Position numbers and translations under genes: made by a program. Positions 1 through 13,400 of a DNA stretch of 64,000 nt are shown one piece after another. The stretch lies in the NCBI RefSeq assembly GCF_009914755.1, contig NC_060947.1, one strand, 5' to 3'. Position 1 is the first letter of the stretch. Each line of letters opens with the position of its first letter. The DNA comes from the human T2T-CHM13v2.0 reference genome, Homo sapiens. The notes beneath the pieces are model-generated. The model had not been told where the DNA came from, searched no databases, and saw only the letters and a program-made list of their open reading frames with translations.

Positions 1-74
1 AGTTGAATGCAATCATCACAAAGAAGTTTCTGACAATGCTTCTCTCTCGTCTTTCTGTGAAGATAAAGGAAAAG

Positions 75-108
75 GCTTTCAGGCCTTTGCCACCACAGGC
101 CTGAAAGC
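75..108. repeat. Perfect 12-bp inverted repeat with 10-nt spacer in the 186-bp monomer, once per HOR
   Basis: GCTTTCAGGCCT (75-86), then TTGCCACCAC, then AGGCCTGAAAGC (97-108). Confidence 0.92.
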
Positions 109-252
109 GCTCCAAATGTCCACTTGCAGATTCTGCCAAAAGAATATTTCAAAACTGCTCTATGAAAAGCAATGTTAAACTCTGCGGCTCGAACACAAAC
201 ATCACAAAGCGGTTTCTGAGAATGCTTCAGTTTAGTTTTTCTGTGGAAATAT

Positions 253-269
253 TCCCGTTTCCAAAGAAA
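253..269 (-). other. Degenerate CENP-B box (B-type monomer, core broken); similar dead boxes at 1104-1120 and 1275-1291
   Basis: TCCCGTTTCCAAAGAAA (CGAA>AGAA), TCCCGTTTCCAGTGAAA (CGAA>TGAA) and AGACGTTTCAAACGAAG (CCCG>GACG) each lack a core position. Confidence 0.8.
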
Positions 270-423
270 TCTTCAAAGAGGTCCACGTATCCACTTACAG
301 ATTCTACAAAAAGACAGTTTCAAAACTGCTCCATCAAAAGGAGGGTTCAACTGTGTGACTTGAATGCAATCATCACTCAGAAGTTTCTGAGAATGCTTCT
401 CTTTAGTTTTTACGTGAACATAT

Positions 424-440
424 ACCCGTTTCGAACGAAG
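424..440 (-). promoter_or_regulatory. CENP-B box (variant, 9-nt core intact); repeated once per HOR
   Basis: ACCCGTTTCGAACGAAG is the reverse complement of CTTCGTTCGAAACGGGT and matches the core nTTCGnnnnAnnCGGGn. Confidence 0.8.
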
Positions 441-590
441 GCCAGCCAGTGGTCCAAATATCCACTTGCAGATTCTACAGAAAGAGTGTTTCGAACCTGA
501 ACTCTCAAAGGCAGGTTCATCTCTGCGAGTTAAATGCATTCATCATGAAGAACTTTCTCAGAGTGTTTGTGTTTAGTTATGGGAAATTAT

Positions 591-607
591 TCCCGTTTCC
601 AACGAAA
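591..607 (-). promoter_or_regulatory. CENP-B box (canonical); repeated once per HOR
   Basis: TCCCGTTTCCAACGAAA is the reverse complement of TTTCGTTGGAAACGGGA. Confidence 0.93.
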
Positions 608-932
608 TCCTCAGAGAGCTCCAAATATCCACCTGCAGATTCTACCAAAAGTGTATTTGGAAACTGCTCCATCAAAAGGCATGTTCAGCTCTGTCAGTGA
701 AACTCCATCATCACAAAGAATATTCTGAGAATGCTTCCGTTTGCCTTTTATCTGAAGTTCCTTCCTATACGACCGTAGGCCTCAAAGCAGTCCAAATCTC
801 CATTTGCAGATTCCACAAAAAGAGTGATTCCAATCTGCTCTATCAATAGGATTGTTCAACTCCATGAGTTGAATGCCATCCTCACAAAGTCGTTTCTGAG
901 AATGCTTCTATCTAGTTTTTATGTGAAGATAT

Positions 933-949
933 TTCCTTTTCCACCACAG
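933..949 (-). other. A-box (pJalpha-type) motif of A-type monomers; related motifs at ~762, 1613, 1784, 2139
   Basis: TTCCTTTTCCACCACAG occupies the position homologous to the CENP-B box, the known A-type alternative. Confidence 0.7.
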
Positions 950-1441
950 GCCTCAAAGCCCTCCAAACGTCCACTTGCAGATTCTCGAAAAAGAGTGTTT
1001 CATAGCTGCTCTTTCAAAAGGAAAGTTCAACTCTGGCAGTTGAATACAAACATCACAAAGTAGTTTCCGAGAATGCTTCTGTTTAGTTTTTATGTGAAGA
1101 TGATCCCGTTTCCAGTGAAATCTTCAAAGAGGTCCACATATCCCCTTGCAGATTCCAAAGAAAGAGGGTTTCAAAACTGCTCCATCAGAAGGATTGTTCA
1201 ACTCTGTGAGTTGAATGCAGTCATCGCAGAAAACTTTCTGAGAATGCTTCTGTCTAGGTTTGATGTGAAGATATAGACGTTTCAAACGAAGGCTACAAAG
1301 TGGTCAAAATATACACTTGCAGATTCTACTACAAGGGTGTTGCAAACCTGAACTATCAAAGGAAGGTTCAACTCTGTGAGTTGAATACAAACATCACAAA
1401 GAATGTTCTGAGTTTGCTTCCGTTCAGTTATGGGAAGTTGA

Positions 1442-1458
1442 TCCCGTTTCCAACGAAA
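1442..1458 (-). promoter_or_regulatory. CENP-B box (canonical); repeated once per HOR
   Basis: TCCCGTTTCCAACGAAA matches the reverse-complement consensus exactly. Confidence 0.93.
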
Positions 1459-1952
1459 TCCTCAGAGAGGTCCAAATATCCCCTTGCAGATTCTACAAAA
1501 CGTGTGTTTGGAAACTGCTCCATCATAACGAATGTTCAGCTCCCTGAGTTAAACTCCATCGTCACAAAGAATTTTCTGAGAGTGCTACCGTCTGGTTTTT
1601 ATATGAAGTTCTTTCCTTCACTACCACAGGCCTCAAAGCGGTCCAAATCTCCACTTGCAGATTCTACAAAAAGAGTGTTTGCAAACTGCTCTATCAAAAG
1701 GAATGTTCAACTCTGGGAGTTGAATGCAATCATCACAGAGCAGTTTCTGAGAATGCTTCTATGTCGTTTTTAGGAGAAGATATTTCCTTTTCCAACACAG
1801 TCCTCCAAGCCCGCTAAATAGCCACTTGCACATTGTAGAAAAAGTGTGTCAAAGCTGCGCTATCAAAGGGAAAGTTCAACTCTGTGAGGTGAATGCAAAC
1901 ATCCCAAAGAAGTTTCTGAGAATGCTTCCGTTTAGCTTTTAGGTGAAGATTA

Positions 1953-1969
1953 TCCCGTTTCCAACGAAA
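1953..1969 (-). promoter_or_regulatory. CENP-B box (canonical); repeated once per HOR and intact in every copy read
   Basis: TCCCGTTTCCAACGAAA matches the reverse-complement consensus exactly. Confidence 0.93.
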
Positions 1970-1998
1970 CCTTCAAAGAGGTCCAAATATCCCCTTGC

Positions 1999-2004
1999 GG
2001 ATCC
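1999..2004. other. BamHI site, one per HOR (defines the 2.0-kb restriction unit)
   Basis: GGATCC within CCCCTTGCGGATCCCACAG recurs at each ~2057-bp step. Confidence 0.9.
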
Positions 2005-5000
2005 CACAGAAAGAGTGTTTCGAAACTGCTGTTTCAAAAGGAATCTTCAACTCTGTGAGTTGAATGCAATCATCACAAAGAAGTTTCTGACAATGCTTCT
2101 CTCTCGTCTTTCTGTGAAGATAAAGGAAAAGGCTTTCAGGCCTTTGCCACCACAGGCCTGAAAGCGCTCCAAATGTCCACTTGCAGATTCTGCGAAAAGA
2201 ATATTTCAAAACTGCTCTATGAAAAGCAATGTTAAACTCTGTGGCTCGAACACAAACATCACAAAGCAGTTTCTGAGAATGCTTCAGTTTAGTTTTTCTG
2301 TGGAAATATTCCCGTTTCCAAAGAAATCTTCAAAGAGGTCCACGCATCCACTTACAGATTCTACAAAAAGACAGTTTCAAAACTGCTCCATCAAAAGGAG
2401 GGTTCAACTGTGTGACTTGAATGCAATCATCACTCAGAAGTTTCTGAGAATGCTTCTCTTTAGTTTTTACGTGAACATATACCCGTTTCGAACGAAGGCC
2501 ACCCAGTGGTCCAAATATCCACTTGCAGATTCTACAGAAAGAGTGTTTCGAACCTGAACTCTCAAAGGCAGGTTCATCTCTGCGAGTTAAATGCATTCAT
2601 CATGAAGAACTTTCTCAGAGTGTTTGTGTTTAGTTATGGGAAATTATTCCCGTTTCCAACGAAATCCTCAGAGAGCTCCAAATATCCACCTGCAGATTCT
2701 ACCAAAAGTGTATTTGGAAACTGCTCCATCAAAAGGCATGTTCAGCTCTGTGAGTGAAACTCCATCATCACAAAGAATATTCTGAGAATGCTTCCGTTTG
2801 CCTTTTATATGAAGTTCCTTCCTGTACTACCGTAGGCCTCAAAGCAGTCCAAATCTCCATTTGCAGATTCTATAAAAAGAGTGATTCCAATCTGCTCTAT
2901 CAATAGGATTGTTCAACTCCATGAGTTGAATGCCATCCTCACAAAGTAGTTTCTGAGAATGCTTCTATCTGGTTTTTGTGTGAAGATATTTCCTTTTCCA
3001 CCACAGGCCTCAAAGCCCTCCAAACGTCCACTTGCAGATTCTCGAAAAAGAGTGTTTCATAGCTGCTCTTTCAAAAGGAAAGTTCAACTCTGGGAGTTGA
3101 ATACAAACATCACAAAATAGTTTCCGAGAATGCTTCTGTTTAGTTTTTATGTGAAGATGATCCCGTTTCCAGTGAAATCTTCAAAGAGGTCCACATATCC
3201 CCTTGCAGATTCCAAAGAAAGAGGGTTTCAAAACTGCTCCATCAGAGGATTGTTCAACTCTGTGAGTTGAATGCAGTCATCGCAGAAAACTTTCTGAGAA
3301 TGCTTCTGTCTAGGTTTGATGTGAAGATATAGACGTTTCAAACGAAGGCTACAAAGTGGTCAAAATATACACTTGCAGATTCTACTACAAGGGTGTTGCA
3401 AACCTGAACTATCAAAGGAAGGTTCAACTCTGTGAGTTGAATACAAACATCACAAAGAATGTTCTGAGTTTGCTTCCGTTCAGTTATGGGAAGTTGATCC
3501 CGTTTCCAACGAAATCCTCAGAGAGGTCCAAATATCCCCTCGCAGATTCTACAAAACGTGTGTTTGGAAACTGCTCCATCATAACGAATGTTCAGCTCCC
3601 TGAGTTAAACTCCATCGTCACAAAGAATTTTCTGAGAGTGCTACCGTCTGGTTTTTATATGAAGTTCTTTCCTTCACTACCACAGGCCTCAAAGCGGTCC
3701 AAATCTCCACTTGCAGATTCTACAAAAAGAGTGTTTGCAAACTGCTCTATCAAAAGGAATGTTCAACTCTGGGAGTTGAATGCAATCATCACAGAGCAGT
3801 TTCTGAGAATGCTTCTATGTCGTTTTTAGGAGAAGATATTTCCTTTTCCAACACAGTCCTCCAAGCCCGCTAAATAGCCACTTGCACATTGTAGAAAAAG
3901 TGTGTCAAAGCTGCGCTATCAAAGGGAAAGTTCAACTCTGTGAGGTGAATGCAAACATCCCAAAGAAGTTTCTGAGAATGCTTCCGTTTAGCTTTTAGGT
4001 GAAGATTATCCCGTTTCCAACGAAACCTTCAAAGAGGTCCAAATATCCCCTTGCGGATCCCACAGAAAGAGTGTTTCGAAACTGCTGTTTCAAAAGGAAT
4101 CTTCAACTCTGTGAGTTGAATGCAATCATCACAAAGAAGTTTCTGACAATGCTTCTCTCTCGTCTTTCTGTGAAGATAAAGGAAAAGGCTTTCAGGCCTT
4201 TGCCACCACAGGCCTGAAAGCGCTCCAAATGTCCACTTGCAGATTCTGCCAAAAGAATATTTCAAAACTGCTCTATGAAAAGCAATGTTAAACTCTGCGG
4301 CTCGAACACAAACATCACAAAGCGGTTTCTGAGAATGCTTCAGTTTAGTTTTTCTGTGGAAATATTCCCGTTTCCAAAGAAATCTTCAAAGAGGTCCACG
4401 CATCCACTTACAGATTCTACAAAAAGACAGTTTCAAAACTGCTCCATCAAAAGGAGGGTTCAACTGTGTGACTTGAATGCAATCATCACTCAGAAGTTTC
4501 TGAGAATGCTTCTCTTTAGTTTTTACGTGAACATATACCCGTTTCGAACGAAGGCCAGCCAGTGGTCCAAATATCCACTTGCAGATTCTACAGAAAGAGT
4601 GTTTCGAACCTGAACTCTCAAAGGCAGGTTCATCTCTGCGAGTTAAATGCATTCATCATGAAGAACTTTCTCAGAGTGTTTGTGTTTAGTTATGGGAAAT
4701 TATTCCCGTTTCCAACGAAATCCTCAGAGAGCTCCAAATATCCACCTGCAGATTCTACCAAAAGTGTATTTGGAAACTGCTCCATCAAAAGGCATGTTCA
4801 GCTCTGTCAGTGAAACTCCATCATCACAAAGAATATTCTGAGAATGCTTCCGTTTGCCTTTTATATGAAGTTCCTTCCTGTACTACCGTAGGCCTCAAAG
4901 CAGTCCAAATCTCCATTTGCAGATTCTACAAAAAGAGTGATTCCAATCTGCTCTATCAATAGGATTGTTCAACTCCATGAGTTGAATGCCATCCTCACAA

Positions 5001-8000
5001 AGTCGTTTCTGAGAATGCTTCTATCTGGTTTTTGTGTGAAGATATTTCCTTTTCCACCACAGGCCTCAAAGCCCTCCAAACGTCCACTTGCAGATTCTCG
5101 AAAAAGAGTGTTTCATAGCTACTCTTTCAAAAGGAAAGTTCAACTCTGGGAGTTGAATACAAACATCACAAAATAGTTTCCGAGAATGCTTCTGTTTAGT
5201 TTTTATGTGAAGATGATCCCGTTTCCAGTGAAATCTTCAAAGAGGTCCACATATCCCCTTGCAGATTCCAAAGAAAGAGGGTTTCAAAACTGCTCCATCA
5301 GAAGGATTGTTCAACTCTGTGAGTTGAATGCAGTCATCGCAGAAAACTTTCTGAGAATGCTTCTGTCTAGGTTTGATGTGAAGATATAGACGTTTCAAAC
5401 GAAGGCTACAAAGTGGTCAAAATATACACTTGCAGATTCTACTACAAGGGTGTTGCAAACCTGAACTATCAAAGGAAGGTTCAACTCTGTGAATTGAATA
5501 CAAACATCACAAAGAATGTTCTGAGTTTGCTTCCGTTCAGTTATGGGAAGTTGATCCCGTTTCCAACGAAATCCTCAGAGAGGTCCAAATATCCCCTCGC
5601 AGATTCTACAAAACGTGTGTTTGGAAACTGCTCCATCATAACGAATGTTCAGCTCCCTGAGTTAAACTCCATCATCACAAAGAATTTTCTGAGAGTGCTA
5701 CCGTCTGGTTTTTATATGAAGTTCTTTCCTTCACTACCACAGGCCTCAAAGCGGTCCAAATCTCCACTTGCAGATTCTACAAAAAGAGTGTTTGCAAACT
5801 GCTCTATCAAAAGGAATGTTCAACTCTGGGAGTTGAATGCAATCATCACAGAGCAGTTTCTGAGAATGCTTCTATGTCGTTTTTAGGAGAAGATATTTCC
5901 TTTTCCAACACAGTCCTCCAAGCCCGCTAAATAGCCACTTGCACATTGTAGAAAAAGTGTGTCAAAGCTGCGCTATCAAAGGGAAAGTTCAACTCTGTGA
6001 GGTGAATGCAAACATCCCAAAGAAGTTTCTGAGAATGCTTCCGTTTAGCTTTTAGGTGAAGATTATCCCGTTTCCAACGAAACCTTCAAAGAGGTCCAAA
6101 TATCCCCTTGCGGATCCCACAGAAAGAGTGTTTCGAAACTGCTGTTTCAAAAGGAATCTTCAACTCTGTGAGTTGAATGCAATCATCACAAAGAAGTTTC
6201 TGACAATGCTTCTCTCTCGTCTTTCTGTGAAGATAAAGGAAAAGGCTTTCAGGCCTTTGCCACCACAGGCCTGAAAGCGCTCCAAATGTCCACTTGCAGA
6301 TTCTGCCAAAAGAATATTTCAAAACTGCTCTATGAAAAGCAATGTTAAACTCTGTGGCTGGAACACAAACATCACAAAGCGGTTTCTGAGAATGTTTCAG
6401 TTTAGTTTTTCTGTGGAAATATTCCCGTTTCCAAAGAAATCTTCAAAGAGGTCCACGTATCCACTTACAGATTCTACAAAAAGACAGTTTCAAAACTGCT
6501 CCATCAAAAGGAGGGTTCAACCGTGTGACTTGAATGCAATCATCACTCAGAAGTTTCTGAGAATGCTTCTCTTTAGTTTTTACGTGAACATATACCCGTT
6601 TCGAACGAAGGCCACCCAGTGGTCCAAATATCCACTTGCAGATTCTACAGAAAGAGTGTTTCGAACCTGAACTCTCAAAGGCAGGTTCATCTCTGCGAGT
6701 TAAATGCATTCATCATGAAGAACTTTCTCAGAGTGTTTGTGCTTAGTTATGGGAAATTATTCCCGTTTCCAACGAAATCCTCAGAGTGGTCCAAATATCC
6801 ACCTGCAGATTCTACCAAAAGTGTATTTGGAAACTGCTCCATCAAAAGGCATGTTCAGCTCTGTGAGTGAAACTCCATCATCACAAAGAATATTCTGAGA
6901 ATGCTTCCGTTTGCCTTTTATCTGAAGTTCCTTCCTATACGACCGTAGGCCTCAAAGCAGTCCAAATCTCCATTTGCAGATTCTACAAAAAGAGTGATTC
7001 CAATCTGCTCTATCAATAGGATTGTTCAACTCCATGAGTTGAATGCCATCCTCCAAAGTCGTTTCTGAGAATGCTTCTATCTAGTTTTTATGTGAAGATA
7101 TTTCCTTTTCCACCACAGGCCTCAAAGCCCTCCAAACGTCCACTTGCAGATTCTCGAAAAAGAGTGTTTCATAGCTGCTCTTTCAAAAGGAAAGTTCAAC
7201 TCTGGCAGTTGAATACAAACATCACAAAGTAGTTTCCGAGAATGCTTCTGTTTAGTTTTTATGTGAAGATGATCCCGTTTCCAGTGAAATCTTCAAAGAG
7301 GTCCACATATCCCCTTGCAGATTCCAAAGAAAGAGGGTTTCAAAACTGCTCCATCAGAAGGATTGTTCAACTCTGTGAGTTGAATGCAGTCATCGCAGAA
7401 AACTTTCTGAGAATGCTTCTGTCTAGGTTTGATGTGAAGATATAGACGTTTCAAACGAAGGCTACAAAGTGGTCAAAATATACACTTGCAGATTCTACTA
7501 CAAGGGTGTTGCAAACCTGAACTATCAAAGGAAGGTTCAACTCTGTGAGTTGAATACAAACATCACAAAGAATGTTCTGAGTTTGCTTCCGTTCAGTTAT
7601 GGGAAGTTGATCCCGTTTCCAACGAAATCCTCAGAGAGGTCCAAATATCCCCTTGCAGATTCTACAAAACGTGTGTTTGGAAACTGCTCCATCATAACGA
7701 ATGTTCAGCTCCCTGAGTTAAACTCCATCGTCACAAAGAATTTTCTGAGAGTGCTACCGTCTGGTTTTTATATGAAGTTCTTTCCTTCACTACCACAGGC
7801 CTCAAAGCGGTCCAAATCTCCACTTGCAGATTCTACAAAAAGAGTGTTTGCAAACTGCTCTATCAAAAGGAATGTTCAACTCTGGGAGTTGAATGCAATC
7901 ATCACAGAGCAGTTTCTGAGAATGCTTCTATGTCGTTTTTAGGAGAAGATATTTCCTTTTCCAACACAGTCCTCCAAGTCCGCTAAATAGCCACTTGCAC

Positions 8001-10444
8001 ATTGTAGAAAAAGTGTGTCAAAGCTGCGCTATCAAAGGGAAAGTTCAACTCTGTGAGGTGAATGCAAACATCCCAAAGAAGTTTCTGAGAATGCTTCCGT
8101 TTAGCTTTTAGGTGAAGATTATCCCGTTTCCAACGAAACCTTCAAAGAGGTCCAAATATCCCCTTGCGGATCCCACAGAAAGAGTGTTTCGAAACTGCTG
8201 TTTCAAAAGGAATCTTCAACTCTGTGAGTTGAATGCAATCATCACAAAGAAGTTTCTGACAATGCTTCTCTCTCGTCTTTCTGTGAAGATAAAGGAAAAG
8301 GCTTTCAGGCCTTTGCCACCACAGGCCTGAAAGCGCTCCAAATGTCCACTTGCAGATTCTGCGAAAAGAATATTTCAAAACTGCTCTATGAAAAGCAATG
8401 TTAAACTCTGTGGCTCGAACACAAACATCACAAAGCAGTTTCTGAGAATGCTTCAGTTTAGTTTTTCTGTGGAAATATTCCCGTTTCCAAAGAAATCTTC
8501 AAAGAGGTCCACGTATCCACTTACAGATTCTACAAAAAGACAGTTTCAAAACTGCTCCATCAAAAGGAGGGTTCAACCGTGTGACTTGAATGCAATCATC
8601 ACTCAGAAGTTTCTGAGAATGCTTCTCTTTAGTTTTTACGTGAACATATACCCGTTTCGAACGAAGGCCACCCAGTGGTCCAAATATCCACTTGCAGATT
8701 ATACAGAAAGAGTGTTTCGAACCTGAACTCTCAAAGGCAGGTTCATCTCTGCGAGTTAAATGCATTCATCATGAAGAACTTTCTCAGAGTGTTTGTGTTT
8801 AGTTATGGGAAATTATTCCCCTTTCCAACGAAATCCTCAGAGAGCTCCAAATATCCACCTGCAGATTCTACCAAAAGTGTATTTGGAAACTGCTCCATCA
8901 AAAGGCATGTTCAGCTCTGTGAGTGAAACTCCATCATCACAAAGAATATTCTGAGAATGCTTCCGTTTGCCTTTTATATGAAGTTCCTTCCTGTACTACC
9001 GTAGGCCTCAAAGCAGTCCAAATCTCCATTTGCAGATTCTACAAAAAGAGTGATTCCAATCTGCTCTATCAATAGGATTGTTCAACTCCATGAGTTGAAT
9101 GCCATCCTCACAAAGCAGTTTCTGAGAATGCTTCTATCTGGTTTTTGTGTGAAGATATTTCCTTTTCCACCACAGGCCTCAAAGCCCTCCAAACGTCCAC
9201 TTGCAGATTCTCGAAAAAGAGTGTTTCATAGCTGCTCTTTCAAAAGGAAAGTTCAACTCTGGCAGTTGAATACAAACATCACAAAGTAGTTTCCGAGAAT
9301 GCTTCTGTTTAGTTTTTATGTGAAGATGATCCCGTTTCCAGTGAAATCTTCAAAGAGGTCCACATATCCCCTTGCAGATTCCAAAGAAAGAGGGTTTCAA
9401 AACTGCTCCATCAGAAGGATTGTTCAACTCTGTGAGTTGAATGCAGTCATCGCAGAAAACTTTCTGAGAATGCTTCTGTCTAGGTTTGATGTGAAGATAT
9501 AGACGTTTCAAACGAAGGCTACAAAGTGGTCAAAATATACACTTGCAGATTCTACTACAAGGGTGTTGCAAACCTGAACTATCAAAGGAAGGTTCAACTC
9601 TGTGAGTTGAATACAAACATCACAAAGAATGTTCTGAGTTTGCTTCCGTTCAGTTATGGGAAGTTGATCCCGTTTCCAACGAAATCCTCAGAGAGGTCCA
9701 AATATCCCCTTGCAGATTCTACAAAACGTGTGTTTGGAAACTGCTCCATCATAACGAATGTTCAGCTCCCTGAGTTAAACTCCATCGTCACAAAGAATTT
9801 TCTGAGAGTGCTACCGTCTGGTTTTTATATGAAGTTCTTTCCTTCACTACCACAGGCCTCAAAGCGGTCCAAATCTCCACTTGCAGATTCTACAAAAAGA
9901 GTGTTTGCAAACTGCTCTATCAAAAGGAATGTTCAACTCTGGGAGTTGAATGCAATCATCACAGAGCAGTTTCTGAGAATGCTTCTATGTCGTTTTTAGG
10001 AGAAGATATTTCCTTTTCCAACACAGTCCTCCAAGCCCGCTAAATAGCCACTTGCACATTGTAGAAAAAGTGTGTCAAAGCTGCGCTATCAAAGGGAAAG
10101 TTCAACTCTGTGAGGTGAATGCAAACATCCCAAAGAAGTTTCTGAGAATGCTTCCGTTTAGCTTTTAGGTGAAGATTATCCCGTTTCCAACGAAACCTTC
10201 AAAGAGGTCCAAATATCCCCTTGCGGATCCCACAGAAAGAGTGTTTCGAAACTGCTGTTTCAAAAGGAATCTTCAACTCTGTGAGTTGAATGCAATCATC
10301 ACAAAGAAGTTTCTGACAATGCTTCTCTCTCGTCTTTCTGTGAAGATAAAGGAAAAGGCTTTCAGGCCTTTGCCACCACAGGCCTGAAAGCGCTCCAAAT
10401 GTCCACTTGCAGATTCTGCGAAAAGAATATTTCAAAACTGCTCT

Positions 10445-13400
10445 ATGAAAAGCAATGTTAAACTCTGTGGCTCGAACACAAACATCACAAAGCAGTTTCT
10501 GAGAATGCTTCAGTTTAGTTTTTCTGTGGAAATATTCCCGTTTCCAAAGAAATCTTCAAAGAGGTCCACGCATCCACTTACAGATTCTACAAAAAGACAG
10601 TTTCAAAACTGCTCCATCAAAAGGAGGGTTCAACTGTGTGACTTGAATGCAATCATCACTCAGAAGTTTCTGAGAATGCTTCTCTTTAGTTTTTACGTGA
10701 ACATATACCCGTTTCGAACGAAGGCCACCCAGTGGTCCAAATATCCACTTGCAGATTCTACAGAAAGAGTGTTTCGAACCTGAACTCTCAAAGGCAGGTT
10801 CATCTCTGCGAGTTAAATGCATTCATCATGAAGAACTTTCTCAGAGTGTTTGTGTTTAGTTATGGGAAATTATTCCCGTTTCCAACGAAATCCTCAGAGA
10901 GCTCCAAATATCCACCTGCAGATTCTACCAAAAGTGTATTTGGAAACTGCTCCATCAAAAGGCATGTTCAGCTCTGTGAGTGAAACTCCATCATCACAAA
11001 GAATATTCTGAGAATGCTTCCGTTTGCCTTTTATATGAAGTTCCTTCCTGTACTACCGTAGGCCTCAAAGCAGTCCAAATCTCCATTTGCAGATTCTATA
11101 AAAAGAGTGATTCCAATCTGCTCTATCAATAGGATTGTTCAACTCCATGAGTTGAATGCCATCCTCACAAAGTAGTTTCTGAGAATGCTTCTATCTGGTT
11201 TTTGTGTGAAGATATTTCCTTTTCCACCACAGGCCTCAAAGCCCTCCAAACGTCCACTTGCAGATTCTCGAAAAAGAGTGTTTCATAGCTGCTCTTTCAA
11301 AAGGAAAGTTCAACTCTGGGAGTTGAATACAAACATCACAAAATAGTTTCCGAGAATGCTTCTGTTTAGTTTTTATGTGAAGATGATCCCGTTTCCAGTG
11401 AAATCTTCAAAGAGGTCCACATATCCCCTTGCAGATTCCAAAGAAAGAGGGTTTCAAAACTGCTCCATCAGAGGATTGTTCAACTCTGTGAGTTGAATGC
11501 AGTCATCGCAGAAAACTTTCTGAGAATGCTTCTGTCTAGGTTTGATGTGAAGATATAGACGTTTCAAACGAAGGCTACAAAGTGGTCAAAATATACACTT
11601 GCAGATTCTACTACAAGGGTGTTGCAAACCTGAACTATCAAAGGAAGGTTCAACTCTGTGAGTTGAATACAAACATCACAAAGAATGTTCTGAGTTTGCT
11701 TCCGTTCAGTTATGGGAAGTTGATCCCGTTTCCAACGAAATCCTCAGAGAGGTCCAAATATCCCCTCGCAGATTCTACAAAACGTGTGTTTGGAAACTGC
11801 TCCATCATAACGAATGTTCAGCTCCCTGAGTTAAACTCCATCGTCACAAAGAATTTTCTGAGAGTGCTACCGTCTGGTTTTTATATGAAGTTCTTTCCTT
11901 CACTACCACAGGCCTCAAAGCGGTCCAAATCTCCACTTGCAGATTCTACAAAAAGAGTGTTTGCAAACTGCTCTATCAAAAGGAATGTTCAACTCTGGGA
12001 GTTGAATGCAATCATCACAGAGCAGTTTCTGAGAATGCTTCTATGTCGTTTTTAGGAGAAGATATTTCCTTTTCCAACACAGTCCTCCAAGCCCGCTAAA
12101 TAGCCACTTGCACATTGTAGAAAAAGTGTGTCAAAGCTGCGCTATCAAAGGGAAAGTTCAACTCTGTGAGGTGAATGCAAACATCCCAAAGAAGTTTCTG
12201 AGAATGCTTCCGTTTAGCTTTTAGGTGAAGATTATCCCGTTTCCAACGAAACCTTCAAAGAGGTCCAAATATCCCCTTGCGGATCCCACAGAAAGAGTGT
12301 TTCGAAACTGCTGTTTCAAAAGGAATCTTCAACTCTGTGAGTTGAATGCAATCATCACAAAGAAGTTTCTGACAATGCTTCTCTCTCGTCTTTCTGTGAA
12401 GATAAAGGAAAAGGCTTTCAGGCCTTTGCCACCACAGGCCTGAAAGCGCTCCAAATGTCCACTTGCAGATTCTGCCAAAAGAATATTTCAAAACTGCTCT
12501 ATGAAAAGCAATGTTAAACTCTGCGGCTCGAACACAAACATCACAAAGCGGTTTCTGAGAATGCTTCAGTTTAGTTTTTCTGTGGAAATATTCCCGTTTC
12601 CAAAGAAATCTTCAAAGAGGTCCACGCATCCACTTACAGATTCTACAAAAAGACAGTTTCAAAACTGCTCCATCAAAAGGAGGGTTCAACTGTGTGACTT
12701 GAATGCAATCATCACTCAGAAGTTTCTGAGAATGCTTCTCTTTAGTTTTTACGTGAACATATACCCGTTTCGAACGAAGGCCACCCAGTGGTCCAAATAT
12801 CCACTTGCAGATTCTACAGAAAGAGTGTTTCGAACCTGAACTCTCAAAGGCAGGTTCATCTCTGCGAGTTAAATGCATTCATCATGAAGAACTTTCTCAG
12901 AGTGTTTGTGTTTAGTTATGGGAAATTATTCCCGTTTCCAACGAAATCCTCAGAGAGCTCCAAATATCCACCTGCAGATTCTACCAAAAGTGTATTTGGA
13001 AACTGCTCCATCAAAAGGCATGTTCAGCTCTGTGAGTGAAACTCCATCATCACAAAGAATATTCTGAGAATGCTTCCGTTTGCCTTTTATATGAAGTTCC
13101 TTCCTGTACTACCGTAGGCCTCAAAGCAGTCCAAATCTCCATTTGCAGATTCTATAAAAAGAGTGATTCCAATCTGCTCTATCAATAGGATTGTTCAACT
13201 CCATGAGTTGAATGCCATCCTCACAAAGTAGTTTCTGAGAATGCTTCTATCTGGTTTTTGTGTGAAGATATTTCCTTTTCCACCACAGGCCTCAAAGCCC
13301 TCCAAACGTCCACTTGCAGATTCTCGAAAAAGAGTGTTTCATAGCTGCTCTTTCAAAAGGAAAGTTCAACTCTGGGAGTTGAATACAAACATCACAAAAT

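Larger units (their letters stand above)
253..1952 (-). repeat. Two diverged ancestral pentamers within the HOR (offset 851 bp), followed by 2 extra monomers
   Basis: Monomers 851 bp apart share diagnostic features. Examples are the 167-bp monomer with GTTATGGGAA (~577 and ~1428), AACCTGAACT (~494 and ~1345) and TTTGGAAACTGCTCCATCA (~656 and ~1507). This matches the W1-W5 pentamer organisation of SF3. Confidence 0.88.
162..2218 (-). repeat. Representative single HOR unit (U1, 2057 bp, 12 monomers)
   Basis: A/B-box positions at 253, 424, 591, 762, 933, 1104, 1275, 1442, 1613, 1784, 1953, 2139 (next 2310) give monomer lengths 171,167,171,171,171,171,167,171,171,169,186,171, which sum to 2057. 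Box types run B B B A A / B B B A A / B A. Confidence 0.92.

Noticed and set aside
75-108. Hairpin read as a rho-independent terminator or structured ncRNA gene
   Set aside because: The context is eukaryotic satellite with no upstream gene or poly-U tail, and the sequence alone gives no evidence for a discrete transcript.
1500-2130. Apparently lower polymorphism in the last third of the HOR
   Set aside because: This holds for U1-U15, but U16-U30 carry many variants there. It could not be separated from shared ancestry without a computed test.
162-2218. Assignment to other SF3 arrays (D11Z1 5-mer, D17Z1 16-mer, D1Z5 11-mer)
   Set aside because: The period is 12 monomers (~2057 bp) with one BamHI site, which fits DXZ1 rather than those unit sizes. 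This was not confirmed by database search.
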